The notes under the pieces are model-generated. The model did no database searches. It was not told the origin of the DNA and saw only the letters and a program-made list of their open reading frames with translations. A stretch of 63,645 bases of DNA, the filler included, from Atractiella rhizophila (taxonomy: Eukaryota), in the NCBI GenBank assembly GCA_021432655.1. It is 3 parts of 3 records of this genome, joined end to end, with 100 filler letters (N's around TTAATTAATTAA, not from the genome) between each part and the next. Parts side by side here need not be neighbours in the genome. Positions count along the whole stretch, not along the records: positions 30,272 to 46,545 come from MU271345.1; positions 46,646 to 63,645 come from MU271347.1; 1 more part is not named here. One strand, 5' to 3'. The position numbers and the translations under genes were made by a program. Shown one piece after another: positions 37,418-48,966 of the stretch (positions within the stretch are counted from its first letter, which is position 1; every line of letters begins with the position of its first letter).

Positions 37418-38984
37418 TTAGGAATCAGATGAATCAGACTCCATTTCTTCATCCTCATCCATTTCTACTCCTGCTTCCTTTGCCTTCTCTCGAGTCTCTT
37501 CCGCCCTTTTTAGTGTTTGAGAGAGAGCATTCTCAAGTATCTCGATCTGACCTATTGCTTCCTGTCAGCCAGCATACAGTATGGAAATGAAGTCGTGCCT
37601 TTCAGATAGAGGAGGATCATCTCCTTCACTTCCTTTCTGACATTCGCCTCTTCATTCTCCTCTACCCGTTTTCTTACGCCTTCTAACCCCCTCTGCTTCG
37701 CTTGTAACATTCCTTGAAGCACATCCCACATCTCCAACTCATTGTACCACGACACAAAGGTTAAGTCTGGTAGTTCCGATTCTGCTGTAGACGTAAAATT
37801 TTTCGCCCATTCACGCACACTCCGCTCCTCCTCCTCTTCTTCCATGTCTCCATCCTCTCTCGTGACCAGCAACAATCGTAACAACTTCAGCATGTCCTCA
37901 GGCATGTCACCGGTGATAGGAATTAAAAAACGAGTAGGGTAATCCTTGTCGAAACCGAGGGCGAATAAGGCGTCTTCTAGGGAGGGATCGGGGAGGGGTA
38001 TCTGGAGAGAGAGCAGATCGTCTTCTGTTGTATGTGGAGACGGAACAAATCCATATCCAAGAATAAAGGAGTCGGTAGACTTGGGACCGTATGTATTGAA
38101 CACCTCCGCGTTCTCTTCGAGCGGCGCTGTGCCGGAAGGTACGAGTGTGATGGAGGAGGAGGAGAGCGACCACGTTATCGGCGTGGCCCGATGATGATTC
38201 AACGAGTCGACACCTGGGAAGAGGACCTGGGAGGAAGGACTAGAGGAGGGTTGAGACGGGAGGAGCGAGGATGGGAAGGAACGGGAGGAGAGAATAGTCC
38301 CAGCATAGAGGTACGATTCCCTGCCTCATCTGTGAGCTGCAATTCGTGATGGGTAGAGCGAGGTTAATTTACCACGATAAACCGCGCAAAAGAAGCTCCT
38401 TGTCCACTAACAATCCCATCTCCGTCTCGAGACCAGCTAAAATATCTCGATGTTCATTTTTCCAATCGTCCGTCCTCACCTTTGTGCTGACACCTAAATT
38501 TGTGCCTTTCAGCAATGCCCTCTCTTCCTCGGCCCACCATGGCGGAGTCATCATTTCGTCTTTCCGCGGTAAACTCTGGATATAGGCATGATGTTTCAAT
38601 GACTTTGTTCCGCCTTCCGCTAGGGGAGGAAAAGCCAGATGCAATGCAAGGTAGACGCCAAGACATTGGTGCTCATTCCAGTTGTCCAGGAGAGCAGAAG
38701 AAAATCCGAGGTCCTTGAGAGCGGAACGACAGGAGGCGGAGTTGATGGATAGTGAGAAAGGACAGGATACGAGTTCTGCATTTGGATCGAGGGAAGAAGA
38801 AGTGAACACGCCCGTTCCGTGGTCTGGAGTATGCTTCAGAAATGAAATGAGATCTTCAACTTTCATTGTAAGGAAGGATGCATACTTCAAAATACAAGGC
38901 TTCGTGGAAATGGCCTCCGTTTTCATGAAGCCATTGACCCAACCTCGAAGTCCTGCAAAAGCGTCGCCCTTCCTGCGAGTCCAT
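37418..38984 (-). CDS. SET-domain protein lysine methyltransferase (RKM/EFM1/SETD3-like)
   Basis: LGQWLHENGGHFH, GTGVF, YIQSLP..TPPWW..LLKGTNLG, VDSLNH, EVFNTYGPKS..LGYGF. Confidence 0.88.
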
Positions 38985-39547
38985 GATGTTGTGGATGAGA
39001 TGAGAATGTTCCCTGGTGCTTTAAAAATTTTGTAAGCCGTCGCGTCACAAGCGAACGTTAAACAGCGACCGGTCGCGAACCAAGCGGAAACATGGACTCC
39101 ATGACGACCTGTGTAGTGGGACAGACGGGGAAGAGTGACACCAGGATCGTCGCGCAAAGTAGAACAAGTGAAGAGTAAGTTCTAAGAATGGAGGTAAACT
39201 GAGCCAATCTCCTTGATATTGTAACTATTGTATGCTCTTTTGCAGATGTGCCCCACTTGTTCTTGTTGACAGAGTGGTGGAGGAGAAACGGTTCAGGCTG
39301 TTGTAAAAAGGTGTGATGGGTGAGATTCATGCGTCCGTAGGGTAGGAGGGGAGGAAACGAAACCCACTGTTCATCCTCTCCTGAGCACTGGAGTACGTCC
39401 CGGACAAAGCTGCAACAAAAGGAGTACAAAATCCAATCGACACCGTAAGGATTAAAATATTCAACTTTGAACTGTACCATAAATTGTGTCCTCATAAACA
39501 GATGTGAGTCCTCTCAGTGGGAAAAGCGACATCAGAGCATCACATCC

Positions 39548-40370
39548 ATGGCTTCAAATAGAAAACGACCTCCTGTGAAGCGGAGACAAACTAGGACACC
39601 ATGGCCACCGGAGGTATCATCCCCTACCTAACAACAGGTCGCTTACCCTGAACCTGCGGTAAGGAGGACAGAAGAGCGACACAGAGTCTCAAAGTCAAAG
39701 GTCACCCAGCTCGCAAGAAGAAAGCTGCCGAGGCAAACTTTAAGCGATGACGAGTAAGTGCGTGCAGGAACAGTCACAAGTGACAGTTCACTGCAGTATG
39801 AAAACTCTTATGTGGACATTCAAAAACCTTTAAGAGATGCGTCGGACTTGCAGATTAAAAGGAATACTAGTGAAAACTACGTAGCTCAATGAGACACAAG
39901 AACGTTGGGCATTAATTTCTTTCTTCAAGCAGATAGTGCCTAAGGTCATTTGTGTCCATGTAGCTCAAAGGGGTTAGCATAAAAAGTCAGCAACTTTAGA
40001 ACCAATCAGTCTAGTTACTTCTAATCCCATGATATTATGCAGCCCTCTTTATCTTGGACCTTTACGAAAATAAAATTATGACGGACTAAATCAATTCATG
40101 GTTGATAGAGAAACGGAGACACTAAGGGTTCATAGTTCACTGCAAAACCAAAGTGTTCGCTCACCTCCAAGCTCTACAGCGATCTGCCCTTTCCATCCGT
40201 TGAGATAGAGATTAATATTGGTCGACGCTGCGATAAACGTCAACGATAGATTCACAAGCTGCCTGAGAGTCTTTCGTCATGAAAGGGGATTTTGTGATCA
40301 GTTAAAGTTCCTTGGGGTTGGTGTTTCAAGGTTTGTGAAGTACTTCGATGAGCGCAGATCTGAGCGTTGA
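39548..40370 (+). pseudogene. Possible decayed two-exon gene
   Basis: ATG-initiated frame with a GTAAGT..CAG intron (about 39754-39796) and six internal TAA/TAG stops. Confidence 0.3.
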
Positions 40371-41297
40371 GTTAGGTTCAGGTGAGCAATGTTGTCACGC
40401 AGCACCCAAACACAAGAACCTTTACCTTTCTCTCTATCTTGCTCTCACAGTAAGTAAGCCCCATGTTGGTGTCGTGTTATTCTCGCGTCATTCTGTCCCT
40501 GGCGACTGACTGTTACCTAATGGGGAGCAGCTTGAGCCCAAATGCTTGAAAATTATCTGCATCATTAATCATTATGTCACCTGTACAATGACAGATTTAA
40601 TTGCTGTTCCCATAGTTTCCAACGATCCTTAAGGGAGCCACAATTGCAACAGTCGATTAATCATATCTATTGATATCCTGAGTTCCTTAATCTATCTACC
40701 ACCTGCTCACAAATCTTTGGATTCCATTCTGACCATTCTTTGAGTGCATCCATCTGATTCAAAGAATTTCATCTTTAAGATATGTTTGGGTGGGAATAGA
40801 TGTTCTTCTGAGGTGCGGACAATTTCAGCCCCATGTTTGATCTTCAATGTTTCCTGTTTGAACTATCAAATGGTGACCAATTGCTCGTGGAAGGTGAACG
40901 TGCAGCAATTTAGTTCACATTGAGAGGGTCTCCCACCATCCTCCGGGAATTGTAAAGGTTCTCCTCATACCTCCGGACGCTTCATCTGTTTTGATCCCCG
41001 AGAATCGATCCTTTCAGAATCTACGGTAAGATAAAGTACAAGTTTTGAAGGAAGGGGGAAGGGAAAAGGGCGTCAGCATCACTTCCTGTATAAACATCGG
41101 ATGTTTCTTTGCTTGATCTTTAACTACGTTCCTGTATTCCGCAAATGGCCCGCTGAAGCAAATTGCAGTAGGAATTCCCTCCCATTCAGCTACCTTTCAA
41201 GCACTGATCTTATATTGTAGAGGTGTTTGCACTTCACCGTTTCATGTGCGAAATCCATAACACGAAAGACCTCACCTTTGGGAACGTCGGATGCTGA

Positions 41298-41843
41298 TGT
41301 TAGGATGAGAGGAGCATCTGGCTTTTCCTCGCAGGTGAACAGATAATTTTGGGACCATCTGCAGGTTGAGTATGGAGGTTTGCTGGGCTATGGGGAAACT
41401 TACGGCAAAATTCGGTGCCGATAGGCGACCAAGCAGTTCACGATGGCCAACTGAAGAATCATGGCTGCGCTGCCTCCAGGGTCCGAACATTGCCACAGGT
41501 GATGGCAAGTGTTGGAAATGGGTTATGAAAACAACGGGACGTGATCAGTGTTTGCCGTGTTTGCCGTGTGTTCCGAAGCAGAGACAAACATGTGGCACTT
41601 CACTGCAAGACCGGTACTATAAAGGAACACCTGCAAAGTCTCTTCCATTTTTCCCCAATCACTTTTGTGCGCTGGACCTGGTCCACAGCGGATGGTGGTC
41701 AAATCGCTGTTTACAATGCAATGAACTCCCTACCTGGTCCACAGCGGATGGTGGTCAAATCGCTGTGGAACCAGAACATGACCCTAACCCTAATTGTAGA
41801 ATGGAGGGGGGGGCGAGTGAACCAGAGAGCTCATGCTCTCACA
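41298..41843 (-). repeat. Putative 3' LTR, preceded by PPT GAGGGGGGG (41852-41844)
   Basis: TGTGAG start directly after the PPT; end inferred at ...CCTAACA; contains a 35-bp direct repeat (41676-41710, 41732-41766). Confidence 0.55.
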
Positions 41844-44800
41844 CCCCCCCTCACTCGGTGCCCCAAGAAACCAGCACGAGAAAACTCCGAAAGTAAAGTA
41901 GAACAATGGTGAAGTATTAATGAGAAGTAAACACCATGTAATGAAAGTAAACGAAAGACCAATACAACCGGATAGCAAAAAATGTCAATACGAAAAGGTA
42001 ATGAACCAGAACAGTAATGAAATTTAATAAATCCGACAGCACAAATGAGCGTGAATATCTATGTATGATGTATGTCAAACCATTCAGGAATCCAGTAATC
42101 CTAAGTGAGAGCATAATTTCCAGTGTTGCAAGTGCGATATGCCCTTCGTCATCACATCCGCTATCATCTCCTGTGTTGGTATCCATGTCAGTACCACCTC
42201 ACCTTTACTGACCCTTTCGCGGGTAAAATGGTAGTGAACGTCAACATGTTTCGTTCTGCTGTGGTTAGAAGGGTGTTTGGCCAAAGTGAGGGCTCCTTGG
42301 TTGTCGCCTTTGATCGTCGTAGGTGCATTCTGAGGGAAACCTAGCTCAGTCAGCAACGCCCGTAACCAAATAGCCTCCCTGGCTGCCGATGATAGTGCTA
42401 TGTATTCTGCTTCCGTAGATGAGATCGCTACGGTCGGTTGCATCTTGGATATCCAAGATATCGCAGATCTCCCCAGTCTGAACACAATCCCTGAGATCGA
42501 TCTCCTGGAATCAACATCAGACGCATGGTCAGAATCAGAAAAGCCTTCTATTGAAGTGGAGCCTGTACTGTCCCAAATCAGTCTAAAATGCAAAGTCGCA
42601 GCAAGATATCTGAAGATCCTCTGCACGCATGCCCAATGTCGACGACCAGGATTCGAGTTGAATCGAGCTGCACGATTGACCGCGAACAGTATGTCCGGTC
42701 TGGTGTTTACTGCCGCATATATCAGTGCCCCAACTGCCTCTCTGTACGGTTTCTTCTGCATGTACTCACGTTCTTCATCTGAATCGGGTGCCCACTCTTT
42801 CGATACCTTCTCATCCACATCGCAGGGAGTCTTGACGTGACTGCAATCAGTCATGCGAAAACGCTCAAGACACTTCTTGATGTAACTCTCCTGATCTAAA
42901 GCTACAATGCTGTTAGTCTCGTCCCAAACTATCCTCATCCCCAAGAAGTTACCAACGGCAGACGTGGTGATCCCTGAACTTTGACCGAAGTAAATCGAAC
43001 AATGCGTCAATCAAGTTGCGGGACGAAGCAGCAACCAATCCATCATCTACATGAAGGCAGATGATCGTCACCTCTTCCCCCCCCTTCTTGATATACACCC
43101 CATGATCCACGTCGGTCCTGACATAGCCGTGTCGCATAAGGAAGGTGTGAAGTGTGTCGTTCCAACCCTTTCCCTGCCTGTCGTAGTCCGTAAAGTGTTT
43201 TTCGCAACCTGAATACTTTCGAAGGTGAATCGGGGTCCACAAAACCCTTGCGGCTGCTGTAAGTACACTTCCTCCTTCAAATCCCCATGGAGGAACGCAT
43301 TGCTGACATCAAATTGTGCCAACGACCATCGTTGCGATGCGGCGAGGGAAAGAACAGTACGANNNNNNNNNNNNNNNNNNNNNNNNNNNNNNNNNNNNNN
43401 NNNNNNNNNNNNNNNNNNNNNNNNNNNNNNNNNNNNNNNNNNNNNNNNNNNNNNNNNNNNNNNNNNNNNNNNNNNNNNNNNNNNNNNNNNNNNNNNNNNN
43501 NNNNNNNNNNNNNNNNNNNNNNNNNNNNNNNNNNNNNNNNNNNNNNNNNNNNNNNNNNNNNNNNNNNNNNNNNNNNNNNNNNNNNNNNNNNNNNNNNNNN
43601 NNNNNNNNNNNNNNNNNNNNNNNNNNNNNNNNNNNNNNNNNNNNNNNNNNNNNNNNNNNNNNNNNNNNNNNNNNNNNNNNNNNNNNNNNNNNNNNNNNNN
43701 NNNNNNNNNNNNNNNNNNNNNNNNNNNNNNNNNNNNNNNNNNNNNNNNNNNNNNNNNNNNNNNNNNNNNNNNNNNNNNNNNNNNNNNNNNNNNNNNNNNN
43801 NNNNNNNNNNNNNNNNNNNNNNNNNNNNNNNNNNNNNNNNNNNNNNNNNNNNNNNNNNNNNNNNNNNNNNNNNNNNNNNNNNNNNNNNNNNNNNNNNNNN
43901 NNNNNNNNNNNNNNNNNNNNNNNNNNNNNNNNNNNNNNNNNNNNNNNNNNNNNNNNNNNNNNNNNNNNNNNNNNNNNNNNNNNNNNNNNNNNNNNNNNNN
44001 NNNNNNNNNNNNNNNNNNNNNNNNNNNNNNNNNNNNNNNNNNNNNNNNNNNNNTGTGCTTGTGGGTGTTGAAGACCAGATCTATCCCCTAGAATGTTGTC
44101 AGGTTGTGGAAGCCCACTGTTCAAAGCCCGATAATCGATCCTAGGGATATCCCTCCTGGGTCGCGAGGGTAATGGGTAAGGATTAGGAGAGTGGTTCGGA
44201 ACCCTCTTACGAGGGATGCGAGTCCGTGGGAGGGGTGGTTGCTCGTCACTACTGGCTTTTGGTGTTTCTCGGCCATCGTCATCGTCATGTCCGCTCGTCT
44301 GCCCTGCAGGCGATGAGTCCATCGGTGGAGAGAACGGTCTAACTGATGGGTCGGATGTAGGTTGCATCCTCGCCATTTCCATGGGAGGTGGTATTATCGC
44401 ATTCGTATCTGGTATGCGGACAGGAACATTGTCAGCAAGGTAATCAAAATCCGAGGGCATGAACTCGTTAAGCGACCAGCTGGTCAATTTTACCGTCTCC
44501 TCCTCCTGCCTATCCTTGTAAAATTGGTCTTCAAACCACTTTACCTCCTTCGATTCCACAAAGCGCCTCTGTTGTGGGACCCAGAATAACCACCCCTTCT
44601 TCCCTTCCAAGTACCCAACGAAGTAACCCAAGATCCCTCTTGCATGAAGCTTCGAGATCTGTTTTTCTTTCGGGACATGTATAACTGCAAGACATCCAAA
44701 AGTGCGGAGGTGCGATACGTCCGGCGTTTTCCCAGTCCATGATGATTCCGGACATTTCCACGACCCATGCGAGAACGTCGGAAGACGATTAAGCGTGTAG

Positions 44801-46545
44801 ACTGCAAACTGCACTGCTTTCTCCCAAAAGGATAAAGGTAGACCGGATTCAAACAAAATCGTTCGTGCAACATCAAACAAAGTATACCATCGCCTCTCAA
44901 TGAAACCCATCTGATTGTGAATATAAGGAATTGAGGTCTCATGAGATAGACCATTTTGACGAATAAAAGATTTGAATTGGACAGATTGAAACTCTCCGCC
45001 ATTGTCGCTTCGGACAATCTTCACTTTGACGTTATAACGCCACTCAGTCTCCAAGATCCAGCTCTTCAGAACCATCGCAGCCTCAGACTTAGCTCGGAGG
45101 GGAATCCACCATAGTTTGGCTGTGGATTCCTCAATGATCCCCAGACCATAACGCACACCGGATTGCATCGAAGCAACCGGGGCAGGTCCCCATAAGTCAC
45201 AGTCTATCCGTTCACCTATTGTGTACGAAGTCGACGTAGTGATTTCCCGATTCGGACGGGCTTTCGACTTCCCAGCCGCACATGATGTGCATGGATTTAA
45301 CCTGGTCGAATTGCAATCAAAGCCCGTCACCCACTTCCCAGTACACAATTCCCTCCATCTCTTCGACCCTATATGGCCGAAACGTGCGTGCCAGGTCTGA
45401 GCAGTCGTAGCTGCATAAGCCGAGATGGGAATGTGAGTTGTGTACTCCTTCGCAGGTAAGGAAGGGGCACTTGCCTCCAGCTCAATCTGCCTCTCGCCAA
45501 ATTTCGCCATCCCAAAGTGCAGGCCGTTTTCGCGTCGGAAGAGGAGGCGATCGCGAGTATTCGTAAACTTGATCCCACGCTTCATTAAGTCGAGTTGTGA
45601 GATTAAAGTCACGCCAAGACCCGGGACATAGAGGCCAGTCCCAAAGTCCGCCTGCATGATTTCGTGGCCTTGGACGTCTTCGAGGAGCGGTCGTACACGT
45701 CCAGTGTGTGTCGCGAAACCTCCGCTGCCAAATGCACCACCGACAAAGAGAGGAGGATGGAGTGGACGAAGATCTTCGAATAGCTCGGTGGAGCCTGACA
45801 TGGATACAGTGGCAGCAGAATCGACATACGATGGTAGAGAAACTATGTCGACACCGGGGACGTCATGGGAGAGGAATCGATGGGCCCTATCTGGGATAGC
45901 CGCATCATAGGTGGAGGTCTGTGAGGAAGAGGCAGTCGATCGGGGTCGGGAAACATCTTCTGAGAAAACCGGATGAGGAGACTTCGCCGCTGCGACATTT
46001 GCCGCAACATCAACAGGAAGTCGTCTGTCCACAACGCAAGTCGGAAAACAAATTGAAGAAATCAAATGAGAAGGTAATTGGTACTGACTAAAATTTTGAT
46101 AATAAGATGAAAAGTCGGTGGAACAAGATACTGGTGCAGGAAAAGAAGAATCAGAACCATTTTCAAAACGGGGTTTCTCATGAAAAGTATGATTCGAAGG
46201 GGAAACAAGAATTGGATCAACATGATTTGAAATCTTAGGTGAAACGAAGAACGCAGTGTGTCTGGGATTAGCGGTAGCCGGTGAGGGTGTCCGCATGGGG
46301 TCGTCGTGCGGGTGGTCAGGGTCTTGAAGGAATTCGAATGCAATGTACTGCTCATCTGTATACGTGGCCAAAGCTTCCTCGAACGATTTCTCACCATCAA
46401 CCGCATATGCAGCTTTCGAGAGGAAGTGTGGTTCGTTCTCCGGTACGTTGCATCTACCCTCTAAGGAGTTGGGAGACGGTTGCCTGTTGACCTTCTCGTG
46501 GAGAGATGTAAGGTCCTATGTGACGACTTTTAGGTCATGGCCTCT
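41298..46545 (-). mobile_element. Ty1/copia LTR retrotransposon (5' LTR and gag lost in gap)
   Basis: Order PR (YVDSAAT), GAG-pre-integrase (WHARFGH..CTSC), IN (CDLWGP, SDNGGEF, GFIER), RT ([20 protein letters not shown]), RNase H (SDSDHA, STEAEYIA, RTKHVD). Confidence 0.95.
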
Positions 46546-46645
46546 NNNNNNNNNNNNNNNNNNNNNNNNNNNNNNNNNNNNNNNNNNNNTTAATTAATTA
46601 ANNNNNNNNNNNNNNNNNNNNNNNNNNNNNNNNNNNNNNNNNNNN

Positions 46646-47543
46646 GTACGCACCCAGAAGAGGTCAGGGTTCTTATTCTTGTTGACAGTGACAATGTCTC
46701 CGTTAGCGAGGACGGTCTCAGCCTGCACTCATTCCGTATTAGTTCTACCGTTTCAGAGTGACCAGTTGTACTCACCTCGATGACATGATCCAAGGCCAAC
46801 CCCCAAAGGCGGCTGTCCAATCCGTATCCGCCGTATCCGACGTGTCCACCAATACCAACGGTGGGGCTGTCCATTCCCATCGCTCAGTTCTTCCTACCTA
46901 GGTAAAGAAGTTGATGAACGCATACCAAGTGCCATGAGCCATAGCCCAGCCCTCAAGTCCAATGGTGAGGGCATAATCACCCAACAGGGTTCCAGTGCCA
47001 GCGGTCGCCACGCCGTTAGAGTCGACGGAGACGTGGTTCATCCTTGAGGTGTCGACGACGAGGGATCCATTGCGCATTCCAAGGCCGGCAGCTTCGTTCG
47101 TTCGGTCCTCTCAGCTTCAAGGGGCAAGGATGTGAGGAAAGGGAAGACGCACCCGCATAGCTGTGTCCTCCGGAACGAGCAGAGACGTGAATGCCTGCTG
47201 CAGACGCGCACTTGATCGCGCCAGAGACGGCCTTTGCGTTCGCAGGCTTGACGAGGGCTGCAGGGATGAATTTGCCTGTCACATAATCCCCAGGTCAATC
47301 GTCTTCGACTTGAGCGTGCTAACTAAAGAGAATAGTAGACGAACCGAGTAGTCGCTTGTTGAAGGGAGTGATCACCGTCTGCCACTCCGACGAGGAAGAA
47401 GTGAAGACTTCGAGTCCGCTGACTTTGGATAAACATTTAGCGAGGGAAGAACCACCGCCATATCCATCAGTAGTTACGTCCTGAGCGAGGACGGCGGTAG
47501 AGGCGATAGCGGAAGAGAGGAGGAAAGATTTGACACCAACCAT
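46646..47543 (-). CDS. Secreted FAD-binding oxidase (BBE-like/AA7), 5' part
   Basis: Signal peptide MVGVKSFLLSSAIASTAVLAQ, SARSGGHSY, AHGTC-PTVGIGGHVGYGGYG; cut by the gap. Confidence 0.88.
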
Positions 47544-48966
47544 CTTCAGAGTCTGTCAAGAAAAAGAAGGGGCAGATGAGGCCGTCTCTGACGAAGGAGC
47601 AGGCTTTATACCGTGGAAGTTGTGGAAGTTGAATTTGAGCAGAGCCGCACAAGGAGCATGCTCGGATTGAAGGAGAAGGAGTTTTGCGTGGACTCGGTGC
47701 TGAAGCACGCGTGCGGAAGATATCCAGGGTGGGCCGTTCATGCGGGACTCAATTCCCCTCATCAAAACGCAGGGACAAACAGCACTCGAACACGTCCCTT
47801 AACCTCTGATTCTGAGCTCATCAGGCCGTTTCAACACGAAGAAACAGAACAGTGGGGGTTTCCTCCATCCTCCCCTTCCCTTTTCCACAGATTTTCATGG
47901 AGAGCTGGCGAGCAAGACCTTTCTTTAGGCTTTGCCGGCGGTCACGTCAAGATACCTTCATACAAGCAATATAACATTTTAGTGCACCTGTATTTCAGGC
48001 TACGTTATCACCTGGGTTGCAATTGATACAAGAACAATTTTGTTTGGCGGCAGATCGACAGCCTTCGCTGGCCAATCCGAGTCCCCAGGCTAAAGAGACA
48101 CTAAAAACAGCAAAGAAATCCCAGAAAGGACCGAACTGAATCTTGCTTTCGTCGGCAGAAGGGAATGATCAAGGTGAAGAAGCGACACCGTCAAGTTTCG
48201 TGGGGTGTCCTTGGAGGACTGTGGATGGGTCAACGAGGAAGAACAACAAAATGGGGAGCAAGAGCCACAAAGACAAGGCCAGGATGGAAGCCGATGGAGG
48301 AAAGGAAAGACTCTCTCTCGACTCGAATTGGAAGTGCTGAAGCGCTGAAGCTCCTGGCAGCTTTTTGACACGACGGGTAAAGCGAAAGATTTAGCGACAC
48401 GTGACTTAAAGAAAGTCGACTAATCAGCCATAAAAGGCTGGTTAAAATGATGTCCAGAAATGTCTCGGAGGACTCAGAGAGCTCGTGCTTATAACGCAAC
48501 AAATGGGTCATCTTACATTCCTGGTTCATCTTGGTAGATCTTGGATGCTGGTGAAGCTGGGACGGCAATAAGCAAATATTTTCAATATTGACAATACTAC
48601 CACTCCTCATCAATGGAGTACAAAGACAAAAAGACGAACACAATGCAAAAGAACACAATTAACGAAATCTTGAAAATGACGGCATTAAGAGCAAATAGTA
48701 TGAGCGTAATTATGTAGACAGACGGAGAGTACCTGAAAATTCGAAACCGACTGGAACGAAACGATTTTGATAGAAGTGTTGTCGGCCACCGTACAAAGGG
48801 GTTTGGGGGGGGGACGGAGGGAGCAATAGATAGATAAAAGGAGGGCAGATTAGAAGGGTTGGCACATGGAAAGGGGATGTTGGAGGAGAACGACAAGTGA
48901 AGGGGAAAGGGTTTAAGAATGAAACGAAAACGTCAAGTTACTTGGATGATTCCTTACTCTACCACC

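Noticed and set aside
25733..38984. Grouping of chromatin/RNA genes (ING, ubinuclein, La, SET)
   Set aside because: Interspersed with unrelated genes; no evidence of a functional cluster
38985..39157. N-terminal extension of the SET ORF in the ORF track
   Set aside because: The family-like N-terminus is in another frame from ATG 38984, joined by an intron
39000..41297. Idea that copia interrupted the FAD oxidase, leaving its 3' half here
   Set aside because: No BBE-like sequence recognised left of the LTR
46510..46545. In-frame TAG upstream of copia pol (possible gag-pol readthrough)
   Set aside because: At a contig edge with gag missing; cannot be separated from error
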